Part shown: one piece after another, positions 47,298 to 55,600 of the stretch
Position numbering within the stretch: position 1 is the stretch's first letter
Layout: each line of letters begins with the position of its first letter
NCBI GenBank assembly: GCA_035548835.1
Contig: DASZSB010000110.1
Span: forward strand, 3,538 to 67,537
Length of the DNA: 64,000 nt
Direction: 5' to 3'
DNA from: Gammaproteobacteria bacterium
GTDB taxonomy: Bacteria > Pseudomonadota > Gammaproteobacteria > Steroidobacterales > Rariloculaceae
Translations under genes and position numbers: made by a program
The notes under the pieces: generated by a model
Databases searched by the model: none
Seen by the model: only the letters and a program-made list of their open reading frames with translations
Told to the model about the DNA's origin: nothing

Positions 47298-48694
47298 TCA
47301 TGGCCCGCTCAACCTACGCCCGCGCGATGGTCGTCGCCTTCGCGGTGTCGTCGCTGCTGATCGGCTTTGCCGCCCGCGCCCAGGACGTCAAGCTCACTGA
47401 TCTGCGTCAGATGGTCCAGAAGCTGCGCGACGACGAACGCCGGCAGTCGCAGGAGCGCCTGAACCGGTTTCGCGCCGAGCAGCAGCGCGCGGAGCGCAGG
47501 ACGCAGGACGCCCTGGCGCGCCGCAACGCCGCCGAGGCGCGCAGCAACTCGCTCGACAAGCAGTGGAACGACAACGAGAAGCGCATCGCCGAGATCCAGA
47601 CCCTGTTGAAGCAGCGCGAGGGCAACCTCGGCGAGCTGTTCGGCGTCACGCGCCAGGTCGCGGGCGACGCTGCCAACGTGTTGCAGCAGTCCGTGTTGAG
47701 CACGCAATACGGCGTGCCCGCGCAAGGCGAGGAGCGGGCGGAGTTCCTGCGCCGCCTGGCGGGTGCGAAGGCGCTGCCGTCGATTACCGAGCTCGAGCGG
47801 CTCTGGTACGAGCTGGTGCGCGAGATGACGGACGCCGGCAAGGTCGTGAAGTATCACGCGCAGGTGCTGCAGCAGGACAACACGAAGGTCGACAAGGAAG
47901 TGGTCCGCGTCGGTCCGTTCACCGTGAGCAGCAACGGCGACTATCTGGGCTATCTGCCGAGCACGAAGACGCTGGCGGAGCTCAAGGGGCAGTTGCAGGG
48001 CGACTTCCCCGCGATCGGCCGTGCGTTGCAGGCGGCGGCGCCGGGCAGCGGCTATCAGCGGGCCGTCGTCGACCCGTCGCGCGGCGCGTTGCTCGGTCTG
48101 TACGTCGAGCGCCCGACTGTCATCCAGCGCATCAACCAGGGTGAGGCGGTTGGCTGGGTCATCGTGGCCGTCGGCGTGATCGGCCTGCTGGTGGCGCTGT
48201 ACCAGGCCGTGTATCTGCTGATCGCCCGCCGGGCGGTCGCCGTGCAGCTCAAGAATCTCGACAGCCCGACCAAGAACAACGCTCTCGGTCGAGTGCTGCT
48301 GTCGTTCCGTGGTGACGGCAAGCGCATGGAGAATACCGAGCTCGCGGAGCTGCGTATCTCGGAGGCCGTGCTGCGCGAGGTGCCGAAGCTCGAGCGATTC
48401 CAGTCGTTCCTGCGCCTGGCCGTCGCCGCAGGTCCTTTGCTGGGTCTGATCGGTACGGTCATCGGCATGATCATCACGTTCCGGGCGATCGTCGCCTCGG
48501 GCTCGAGCGATCCGAAGCTCATGGCCACGGGTATCGGCCAGGCCATGATCAACACGGTGCTCGGCTTGAGCATCGCGATCCCGCTGCTGTTCATCAACGC
48601 GGGTCTGGTCGCGCTGTCGCGCTCGGTCACGCAGACGCTGGACGAGCAGAGCCAGTCGCTGCTGGCCGAGCAGGTCAAGCAGAAGCACGCCTGA
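47294..48694 (+). CDS. large MotA/TolQ/ExbB-family proton-channel protein (TtpC-like), copy 2
   Basis: The GTG at 47294 lies 6 nt after AAGGAGG and overlaps the upstream stop (GTGA). It is paralogous to copy 1: VVDPSRGALLGLYVERPTV aligns with VVDPNRGVLLGLYVERPTV, and the channel core is the same. Confidence 0.85.
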   Translation: MIMARSTYARAMVVAFAVSSLLIGFAARAQDVKLTDLRQMVQKLRDDERRQSQERLNRFRAEQQRAERRTQDALARRNAAEARSNSLDKQWNDNEKRIAEIQTLLKQREGNLGELFGVTRQVAGDAANVLQQSVLSTQYGVPAQGEERAEFLRRLAGAKALPSITELERLWYELVREMTDAGKVVKYHAQVLQQDNTKVDKEVVRVGPFTVSSNGDYLGYLPSTKTLAELKGQLQGDFPAIGRALQAAAPGSGYQRAVVDPSRGALLGLYVERPTVIQRINQGEAVGWVIVAVGVIGLLVALYQAVYLLIARRAVAVQLKNLDSPTKNNALGRVLLSFRGDGKRMENTELAELRISEAVLREVPKLERFQSFLRLAVAAGPLLGLIGTVIGMIITFRAIVASGSSDPKLMATGIGQAMINTVLGLSIAIPLLFINAGLVALSRSVTQTLDEQSQSLLAEQVKQKHA

Positions 48695-48713
48695 TCGCTA
48701 CCGCATCGGACGT

Positions 48714-48749
48714 ACACGGGGCTGCCAGTGGCAGCCCCGTGTCGTTTCC
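48714..48749 (+). terminator. rho-independent terminator
   Basis: ACACGGGGCTGCC / GGCAGCCCCGTGT forms a 13-bp perfect stem with loop AGT, followed by CGTTTCC. It lies 20 nt after the stop of the last cluster gene. Confidence 0.7.
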
Positions 48750-48833
48750 GGCAATCGCATTTGGCGGCCAGGCACGGCGCATGGCCGGGTGGCGTGCTAG
48801 AGTCGTCCATCCATCGCGACCGATCCGTTCCAG

Positions 48834-49802
48834 ATGATCGCAGGGTACGCTCCAGACAACGGCCGTCTGCGCTCCGTGCCGGACGCGCTGGAGAGCTTCG
48901 CGAATCTGGTCTGGGTGGATCTCGTGCAGCCGACCGCGGAAGAAGAGGGTGCCGTCGAGCAGCGCATCGGCATCGGAATCCCGACGCGGGAGGAGATGCA
49001 GGAGATCGAGATCTCGAGCCGCCTGTACGTCGAGGACGGCGGCGTCTTCATGACGGCCACGCTGCCGGCGCGGACCGACAGCGACGACCTTCTGATGGGC
49101 CCCGTCACGTTCGTGCTGGCGAACGGCAAGCTGATCACCGTGCGGTACCACGAGCCGCGCGCGTTCAAGACGTTTCCGCAACGCGCGGAGAAGACCGCGC
49201 TCGGCTGCACGAGCGGTGACGTAGTGCTCGTGAACCTGCTGGAGGCGACCACCGACCGGATCGCCGATATCCTCGAGCGCAGCGAGAAGGAAGTCGACGA
49301 CCTTTCCCGAAGCATCTTCTCGGTCCAGCCGGAGAGTGCGGTGCGGCCGGACTTGCGCACCGTGCTGCAGCAGATCGGCCGCAAGGGCGACCTGTGCTCA
49401 CACGTCCGCGACTGCCTGCTGTCGCTGCAGCGTCTGGCCGGATTCCTGGGGCACGTGCTCACGCAGAGGAACGTCGACAAGGAGCTGCGGGGGCGCGTGA
49501 AGACGTTGTCCCGCGATGCCGAGTCGCTCGGTGATCATGCATCGTTCCTGTCGCAGAAGATCACGTTCCTGCTCGACGCGACGCTCGGCATGATCGCGAT
49601 CGAGCAGAACAACATCATCAAGATCTTCTCGATCGCCGCGGGCGTGTTCCTGCCGCCCACGCTGATCGCGTCGATCTACGGCATGAACTTCCGCGTGATG
49701 CCGGAGTTGCAATGGGTGTACGGCTACCCGATCGCCGGTGTCCTGATGCTCGTCTCGGCGTTGTTGCCGCTGTGGTATTTCAAGCGCCGGGGCTGGTTGT
49801 AG
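48834..49802 (+). CDS. corA: CorA-family magnesium/cobalt transporter
   Basis: 322 aa. The C-terminus has two TM helices with the signature YGMNF (IASIYGMNFRVMPEL). Confidence 0.88.
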   Translation: MIAGYAPDNGRLRSVPDALESFANLVWVDLVQPTAEEEGAVEQRIGIGIPTREEMQEIEISSRLYVEDGGVFMTATLPARTDSDDLLMGPVTFVLANGKLITVRYHEPRAFKTFPQRAEKTALGCTSGDVVLVNLLEATTDRIADILERSEKEVDDLSRSIFSVQPESAVRPDLRTVLQQIGRKGDLCSHVRDCLLSLQRLAGFLGHVLTQRNVDKELRGRVKTLSRDAESLGDHASFLSQKITFLLDATLGMIAIEQNNIIKIFSIAAGVFLPPTLIASIYGMNFRVMPELQWVYGYPIAGVLMLVSALLPLWYFKRRGWL

Positions 49803-49806
49803 ACCG

Positions 49807-50838
49807 TCAGTGCAGCAGACCCGGCCAGTCGCGGGCGATGGCCGGACTGCGGCGCCGCTCCACGGCATCCTCTCCCGAACGTACGGCGAACAGCGCGGCG
49901 ACGCGCTCCTGCTCGGCCACGGCGGCCGCGACTTCCGGCCCGAGGCACAGCAGCGCGGTGCCCCAGGCGCCGGCTTTCGCGCCGTCGTGCGCGATGACGG
50001 TGACCTCGAGCAGCGCGTGATCGACCGGTGCACCGGTGCGCGGATCGATGATGTGACTGTAGCGGCGCCCGCCCGCCTCGAAGTAGTGGCGATACGTGCC
50101 GCTCGTCATGACGGCGGTTCCTGGCTGCGCGGGCAGACGCAAGGCACCGGCGGTATCGCCTCCCGGATCCTCGACGCCCACTCGCCATGGCTGCCCGCCG
50201 GGTTTGGTGCCGCGCGCGAAGATCTCGCCGCCGATCTCGGCCAGGTAATTCTGGATGCCGTGGCCCTCGAGCACGCGGCCGAGGCGCTCGGCGCTGTAGC
50301 CCTGGCCGATGCTCGACATGTCGATCGCGAGCTCGGGAACGGTCTTGCGGACGTGCTCCTCGTCGATGATTTCGAGATTGTCGAGGCCGACCTCGGCCAT
50401 GACCTGTGCGACGGCGGCGGGTTCGGGCACGCTCGGCGTGTCGCCATCGAACCCCCACAGATGTACCAGCGGGCGCACCGTGGGATCGAAGCACCCGTGG
50501 CTCGCCGCGTGGATGTCCTTCGCGAGCCTCAGCAGTCCCACGAGCTCGGCGGGCAGCTGCTGCGGCTCGACCGTGCGCGCCGCGTTGAACTTCTCGATCG
50601 TGGAATCGCTGCGGTAGTTCGACAGCAACGCGTCCAGACGGTCCAGCTCGGCGCCGGCCGCCTGCTCGATCTCGTCCACGTCCGCGGGGCCGCCGGTCCA
50701 CTGCAGCGAATACGTGGTCCCCTGCGCGAGGCCGGCGGCGGAGTGCAGGGTCGGCCGCGACGGCCCGCAGGCCGAGAGCAGGGTTGCGCATGCCGTGGCC
50801 GCGGAAAGTCGCAGCCACGGACGGAGTGTCATTGCCAT
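49807..50838 (-). CDS. apbE: FAD:protein FMN transferase (ApbE family) lipoprotein
   Basis: The ATG at 50838 gives MAMTLRPWLRLSAATACATLLSAC (lipobox LSAC). The motifs S.I..FN, FDPTV.PLV.LWGF, IDMSSIGQGYS, MTSGTYR and SHIIDPRTG are typical of ApbE. Confidence 0.88.
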   Translation of the reverse strand: MAMTLRPWLRLSAATACATLLSACGPSRPTLHSAAGLAQGTTYSLQWTGGPADVDEIEQAAGAELDRLDALLSNYRSDSTIEKFNAARTVEPQQLPAELVGLLRLAKDIHAASHGCFDPTVRPLVHLWGFDGDTPSVPEPAAVAQVMAEVGLDNLEIIDEEHVRKTVPELAIDMSSIGQGYSAERLGRVLEGHGIQNYLAEIGGEIFARGTKPGGQPWRVGVEDPGGDTAGALRLPAQPGTAVMTSGTYRHYFEAGGRRYSHIIDPRTGAPVDHALLEVTVIAHDGAKAGAWGTALLCLGPEVAAAVAEQERVAALFAVRSGEDAVERRRSPAIARDWPGLLH

Positions 50839-50953
50839 GCGCGCATCATCGGCGAGGCTGGCCGCGTCGGCAATCGCGCTTCGCCGCGGGAATGCCGGCC
50901 GGTATAGTTCGCGGGTTCGGCGGGGCGGTGCCGGCGGGAGACTGAGGGCTAGC

Positions 50954-51838
50954 GTGGCGCAGACGGGGGCATCGGCACGGCCGCGGCGCAGGCGGCGTAT
51001 CCTGGCGCAGGTGCACATGTGGGTTGCGCTCGTGCTCGGCGCCTACATCGTCGTGCTGAGCGTCAGCGGCAGCATTGCCGTGTTCCGGCGCGAGGCGAAC
51101 ATCTGGTTCGTGCCGCGCGAGGTGCCCTCGACGGCCGGCGTGCGCCTCACGGGCGGGGAGCTCGAGGCCGCGGTTCGTGCCGCCTACCCGGACAGTCAGG
51201 TCACGGCCGTGCGCGAATCGCGGCGGCCAGAGAGGCCCGTGTCCGTGCTGCTGGAGCGCAACGGACACAAGAGCGACCGGCTGTTCGATCCATACGCGCT
51301 GAAGGACCTCGGCGACAGCTATCCGCCCGTGGTCCGTGGCATGGAGTGGCTCGTCGATCTGCACGACAACCTGCTCGCGGGACCCGACGGGCGCATGGTG
51401 AACGGCGTGGGCGGGCTGCTGGTGGTGTTCCTGATCGTGACGGGCGTCATCATCTGGTGGCCCGGCACGCGCCGCGTCTGGCGCAGCCTGACGGTTGGCA
51501 GGCCGGAGGCCTCGCGACGCTTCGCCTGGCAGCTCCACAACGCGCTCGGCGTGTGGTCGTTCGTGCTGCTGCTCAATTGGACGCTGACGGCCGTGTATTT
51601 CGGATTCCCGGAATGGTGGGATGCCGCTGTCGACGTGTTCGATGCCGACAAGACGGATGCGGATCGACCCGGGGAGGCCGCGCTGCTGCTCCTGATCAAG
51701 CTGCACTTCGGCCGTTTCGGCGGGCTCTGGGTGCGCTTCCTCTGGGCGTTGCTCGGGCTCCTGCCCGTGGTGCTGTTCGTGACGGGCTTCGTGCTCTGGT
51801 GGACGCGCGTCGTGCGCAAGCGCATCGCTGCCGACTGA
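50954..51838 (+). CDS. PepSY-associated TM-helix (PiuB/FoxB-like) membrane protein
   Basis: RRRRRILAQVHMWVALVLGAYIVVLSVSG is the characteristic first PepSY_TM helix, and the family is also suggested by LHFGRFGG...LWALLGL.PVVLFVTG..LWW. The start is uncertain: GTG 50954 after GAGGG is preferred over ATG 50837. Confidence 0.75.
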   Translation: MAQTGASARPRRRRRILAQVHMWVALVLGAYIVVLSVSGSIAVFRREANIWFVPREVPSTAGVRLTGGELEAAVRAAYPDSQVTAVRESRRPERPVSVLLERNGHKSDRLFDPYALKDLGDSYPPVVRGMEWLVDLHDNLLAGPDGRMVNGVGGLLVVFLIVTGVIIWWPGTRRVWRSLTVGRPEASRRFAWQLHNALGVWSFVLLLNWTLTAVYFGFPEWWDAAVDVFDADKTDADRPGEAALLLLIKLHFGRFGGLWVRFLWALLGLLPVVLFVTGFVLWWTRVVRKRIAAD

Positions 51839-51862
51839 GGTCGCGACCGGATTGGCTGCTGC

Positions 51863-53530
51863 CTAGGACGTCGGTCGCGTCCGCATGTGGATCAGAGGCC
51901 AGGGCGAGGTTTCGGTGCCGGGCTCGATTGCAACTTCGATCAGGCTGGGCTGGGCGGACGCGAGCTCGTGCTCGAGCGTTCGTTGCAGCTCCGCTGGCGT
52001 CGCGATGCGCTGCGCCCGCACGCCGAAGCTCTCGGCCAGGCGGACGAAGTCCGGATTGTCGAGCCGCGCGCCGATGGCACGGCCGCCGAACTGCACCTGC
52101 TGGTCGCGGAGCACGTTGCCATACGAGCGATTGTTGAAGACGATCGTCACGAGCGCGATGCCGTATTGCGCCGCGGTCGCGAGCTCCTGCAGCCCGAACA
52201 TGAAGCCGCCGTCGCCGGTCACCGAGACGACGGGCGTGCTCGGGTGCGCGACCTTGACGCCGAGCGCCGTGGGAAAACCGAAGCCCAGCGTTCCCTGATA
52301 CCCCTCGGAGATGTACGTGCGCGGCGCGAGCACCGGGTACGCGCCCGTGTAGGTCGTGAAGCCCACCTGGGAGAGCTCCGGCACGAGGATGCCATTGCGC
52401 GGCAGCACCGCACGGATCGCCTGCAGGTAGGCGGTTTGCGGCTGAATGCGCTCGATGAGTCGCGCCGCCGTGCGCTTGGCCGCTGCGATCTCGTCGCGAC
52501 GGCCGCGATTCGGCTTCGCGCGGTGCTGCAGTCGTGCGACGAGCTGACGGCATGCCACGGCAGAGTCGCCCAGGATGCCGATGTCCGCCGGGAAACGCCG
52601 CAGCTCGCTCGCGTCGATGTCGATGCGGATCAGCTTCGGTGTTGCGGGCCGCGGCTCGAACCTGAGCATGTCGCGCCAGCGCATGTAGGGCATCTCGAGG
52701 CGGCTGCCGATGCCGACGAGCACGTCGACCTCGTCCCACAGCTCGCGCGCCGCGACGGAGCCGACGCCGAGCGCATGGTCTTCGGCGACGACGCCGCGGC
52801 CGGTGCGAAACGCCGTCACGGGCGCGTCCAGCAGCTCGGCCAGTGCCAGCACGTCGATGGCCGCGTGCTGGGCGCCGGCCCCACACATGATCATGGGCTT
52901 GCGCGCCGTGAGCAGCAGCTTCGCGGCGGCCTCGATCGCATCTGCGTCCGGTTCCGGCTCGGGCTCGGCGTCGCCGGCCGCGGGCAGGGACGAAACGGCC
53001 GCCGGGGCTGCAAGCGTGTCCCAGCAGGTCTCCACGGCGACGGGGCCGGGGCGCCCCGCGCGGGCCGCCCGAAACGCGCGAGTCACGGTCGCCGCGGCGT
53101 CCTCGGGACCGGTCACTCGCAACGCATCTTTGATGAAGGTCTTCAGCGTGCCCTGCTGGTCCGCGAGTTCGTGCAGGTGCCCACGGCCGCGGCCGAGATA
53201 CGAGGACGGCACCTGCCCCGTGAGGCAGACGACCGGGGCGCACGTGCCCATGGCCGTGCACAGTGCGGCGCCGGCGTTCAGAACCCCGGGGCCCGGGACC
53301 ACCGTGAAGACACCCGTGCGGCCGGTCGATTTCGCGTAGCCCATGGCCATGTAGGCCGCGGCCTGCTCGTGGCGCGGCACGATGAGCTCGACGCCGCTGG
53401 CGTACAGCGCGTCGAACAGCGGATAGATCTGCGCGCCGGGCACGCCGAAGATCGTGGTCATGCCGTTGGCGCGCGCAGTCTCGACGATGGTGTCGCCGAC
53501 CGCCGCTTTTCGAGTCTCAGAGGTCATCAA
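51863..53530 (-). CDS. thiamine pyrophosphate-dependent enzyme (acetolactate synthase large-subunit-like)
   Basis: 555 aa. The N-terminal Pyr domain has FGVPGAQIYPLFDAL. The C-terminal TPP-binding motif is GDGGFMF..QELATA....I.....NN..YG. Confidence 0.85.
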   Translation of the reverse strand: MMTSETRKAAVGDTIVETARANGMTTIFGVPGAQIYPLFDALYASGVELIVPRHEQAAAYMAMGYAKSTGRTGVFTVVPGPGVLNAGAALCTAMGTCAPVVCLTGQVPSSYLGRGRGHLHELADQQGTLKTFIKDALRVTGPEDAAATVTRAFRAARAGRPGPVAVETCWDTLAAPAAVSSLPAAGDAEPEPEPDADAIEAAAKLLLTARKPMIMCGAGAQHAAIDVLALAELLDAPVTAFRTGRGVVAEDHALGVGSVAARELWDEVDVLVGIGSRLEMPYMRWRDMLRFEPRPATPKLIRIDIDASELRRFPADIGILGDSAVACRQLVARLQHRAKPNRGRRDEIAAAKRTAARLIERIQPQTAYLQAIRAVLPRNGILVPELSQVGFTTYTGAYPVLAPRTYISEGYQGTLGFGFPTALGVKVAHPSTPVVSVTGDGGFMFGLQELATAAQYGIALVTIVFNNRSYGNVLRDQQVQFGGRAIGARLDNPDFVRLAESFGVRAQRIATPAELQRTLEHELASAQPSLIEVAIEPGTETSPWPLIHMRTRPTS

Positions 53531-53715
53531 GACAAGTCCATAGGTTTATGACTTTAAAAGAGAAGAGACGGGGTGATTTCGGTCTCCTCCGGGCCATGCT
53601 CCGGGTTTTGCCCGAGCCGCGCAAGCCGGCACGCGAAGAGACCGCCGCCCCCGTGGCCGGCGCGGCGAACCGGGTGCTAGCATCGTCGCTGCCATAGCTT
53701 CCCTGGGGGATTTCG

Positions 53716-54195
53716 ATGACGTTTGCAGCTCGTGGTTTGCGCGCCTCTCTGCTCGTCGTATGCGCGCTGGCCGGTGCCCGTGTGCTGGCCGCCAATCCGT
53801 GGGACAACGATCCCGCCGTGCAGGAAGTGCTGAAGCTTCGCGCCAAGGGCATTGCCGCGATGACCACGACCGGGCCCACGGCCGACAGCGAGCGCTACTC
53901 CTCGACGTTCGTGGCCAACACCCCTGGCAACTCGATCGTGACCGGCACGCAGATGCTCAAGAACTTTGGCGCCGGTTTCAGCTACAAGGCCGTGGAACAG
54001 CACCTCGATTACGCGGGCTCGCACGGGCCCGACGTCGTCGTCATGATGGGCGAGGAGATCGTCGTGCCGGGGCCGGGTTCGCCGAACGCGGGCAAGCGTA
54101 TCCACCGCCGGTTCACCGACGTGTGGCGCAAGGAGAAGGGCGAGTGGCGTTACGATCTGCGACACGCCAACGTGATCTCGATCGAGGGCAACTGA
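53716..54195 (+). CDS. secreted NTF2-like (DUF4440/SnoaL-like) protein
   Basis: It has a signal peptide (LLVVCALAGARVLAA), is about 130 aa when mature, and ends in RRFTDVWRKEKGEWRYDLRHANV, typical of DUF4440-type folds. Confidence 0.55.
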   Translation: MTFAARGLRASLLVVCALAGARVLAANPWDNDPAVQEVLKLRAKGIAAMTTTGPTADSERYSSTFVANTPGNSIVTGTQMLKNFGAGFSYKAVEQHLDYAGSHGPDVVVMMGEEIVVPGPGSPNAGKRIHRRFTDVWRKEKGEWRYDLRHANVISIEGN

Positions 54196-54881
54196 TGCGG
54201 CGCGTGACGCTCGCCGCGCTGACGTTCGCCGCCGCGCTGCTGGTGAGCGCGCTCGCGCAGGCGCACGGCATCGCCGGCGACGACCAGGCGTTCCTGCTGC
54301 GCTCCGCGGGCCCGCACATCGGTCCGTACGTGTACCTCGGCGCGAAGCACATGGTGACCGGCTACGATCATCTGCTGTTCCTGGCCGGGGTGATCTTCTT
54401 CCTGTACCGGCTCAAGGACGTGGCCGTGTACGTCACGCTGTTCGCGCTAGGTCACAGCACCACGCTGCTGCTCGGCGTGCTCGCCGGCTGGCACGTCAAT
54501 GCGTACCTCGTCGACGCGATCATCGGGCTGTCCGTGGTGTACAAGGCGTTCGAGAACCTGGGCGGTTTTCGCGCGCTCGGCTTCGAGCCGAACACGAAGG
54601 GCGCCGTCCTGTTCTTCGGGTTCTTCCACGGCCTCGGGCTCGCCACGAAGCTGCAGGATCTCGCGCTGTCGCGCGATGGCCTCGTGACGAACATGGTGTC
54701 GTTCAACGTGGGAGTGGAGATCGGGCAGTTGCTCGCGCTCGGCCTGATCCTGATCGCATTCAATGCGTGGCGGCGCACGGGAGGATTCTTCCGCCACGCC
54801 TATGCCGGCAACATGGTGCTGATGGTCGCCGGCTTCGTGCTGGCGGGGTATCAGCTCGCGGGTTATCTCGCGGGTACCTGA
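54195..54881 (+). CDS. HupE/UreJ family metal (Ni/Co) transporter-like membrane protein
   Basis: The ATG at 54195 overlaps the previous TGA by 1 nt. It has a signal peptide followed by AHG and then HM.TGYDHLLFL.GV, the HupE/UreJ signature. Confidence 0.8.
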   Translation: MRRVTLAALTFAAALLVSALAQAHGIAGDDQAFLLRSAGPHIGPYVYLGAKHMVTGYDHLLFLAGVIFFLYRLKDVAVYVTLFALGHSTTLLLGVLAGWHVNAYLVDAIIGLSVVYKAFENLGGFRALGFEPNTKGAVLFFGFFHGLGLATKLQDLALSRDGLVTNMVSFNVGVEIGQLLALGLILIAFNAWRRTGGFFRHAYAGNMVLMVAGFVLAGYQLAGYLAGT

Positions 54882-54986
54882 ACTCGACCTGAACCGGCGC
54901 GTGTCGGTGAACGGCGACGGGGCTATGCAGCGCAGCGATGTTCGCGCACCATTGTGGCTTCGGTGTTCTCTGACGGAGGAAATCGC

Positions 54987-55544
54987 ATGAACATGCAACG
55001 ATCGCTTTGGCTCGTCGCGACCCTGATGTTCGGTCTCGGCTCGGCTGCGATGGCCGACGACAGCGGCAAGGCGGCAAAACGCAAGCAGGAGATCGACCAG
55101 CAAGCGAAGACTACGCTCGACCAACTCCTCAAGGACGACGCCGGCGCGAAGGAGCTGTACGGCAAGGCCGTCGGCTACGCAGTGTTCAAGGTCACGAAGG
55201 GCGGCTTCATCGTCTCGGGCGGCGGTGGCAACGGTGTCGCCGTCGACAAGGCCAGCGGCAAGCGCACGTACATGCGCATGGGCCTGGGCGGCGTCGGCCT
55301 CGGCATCGGCGGCCAGCGCTACGAGCTCGTGGTGCTGTTCGAAACGAAGGACCGCATGGACAAGTTCGTGGCCGGCGGCTGGGACTCCAGCGCGACGGCG
55401 GAAGCCGCTGCGGGCAAGGAAGGCAAGGCGGCGCGTGCCACGTTCTACGATGGCGTTGCGTACTACCAGATCACCGACAAGGGCCTGATGGCGCACGCCG
55501 ACATCACCGGCACGAAGTTCTGGGTCAACGACGACTTGCGCTAG
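54987..55544 (+). CDS. secreted SYLF (Ysc84/DUF500-like) domain protein
   Basis: The ATG at 54987 follows GGAGGA. It has a signal peptide, and AVGYAVFKVTKGGFIVSGGGGNGVAV......YM..GLGGVGLGIGGQ.YELV.LF is the typical glycine-rich SYLF pattern. Confidence 0.6.
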   Translation: MNMQRSLWLVATLMFGLGSAAMADDSGKAAKRKQEIDQQAKTTLDQLLKDDAGAKELYGKAVGYAVFKVTKGGFIVSGGGGNGVAVDKASGKRTYMRMGLGGVGLGIGGQRYELVVLFETKDRMDKFVAGGWDSSATAEAAAGKEGKAARATFYDGVAYYQITDKGLMAHADITGTKFWVNDDLR

Positions 55545-55600
55545 GCGGCGTGGTTTCGTGATCGCGATTCGGGCGGCCCGCGTGGCCGCCCGAGCTTTTT

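Noticed and set aside
41913-48694. Three MotA/ExbB-like channel genes considered as a Zorya-type or other stator-based anti-phage defence system, or as flagellar or gliding stators.
   Set aside because: The cluster contains a bona fide TonB with the C-terminal TonB domain. It also has ExbD-type rather than MotB/OmpA-type partners, DUF3450 and a TPR protein, in the TonB2 order. No ZorC/D-like or nuclease genes are present.
50837-50953. ATG at 50837 as the start of the PepSY-TM gene, overlapping the divergent apbE start by 2 nt.
   Set aside because: The extra 39 residues are Arg/Ala/Ser-rich with no hydrophobic segment and no SD. The GTG at 50954 has GAGGG 5 nt upstream and begins just before the conserved RRRR...H.W helix.
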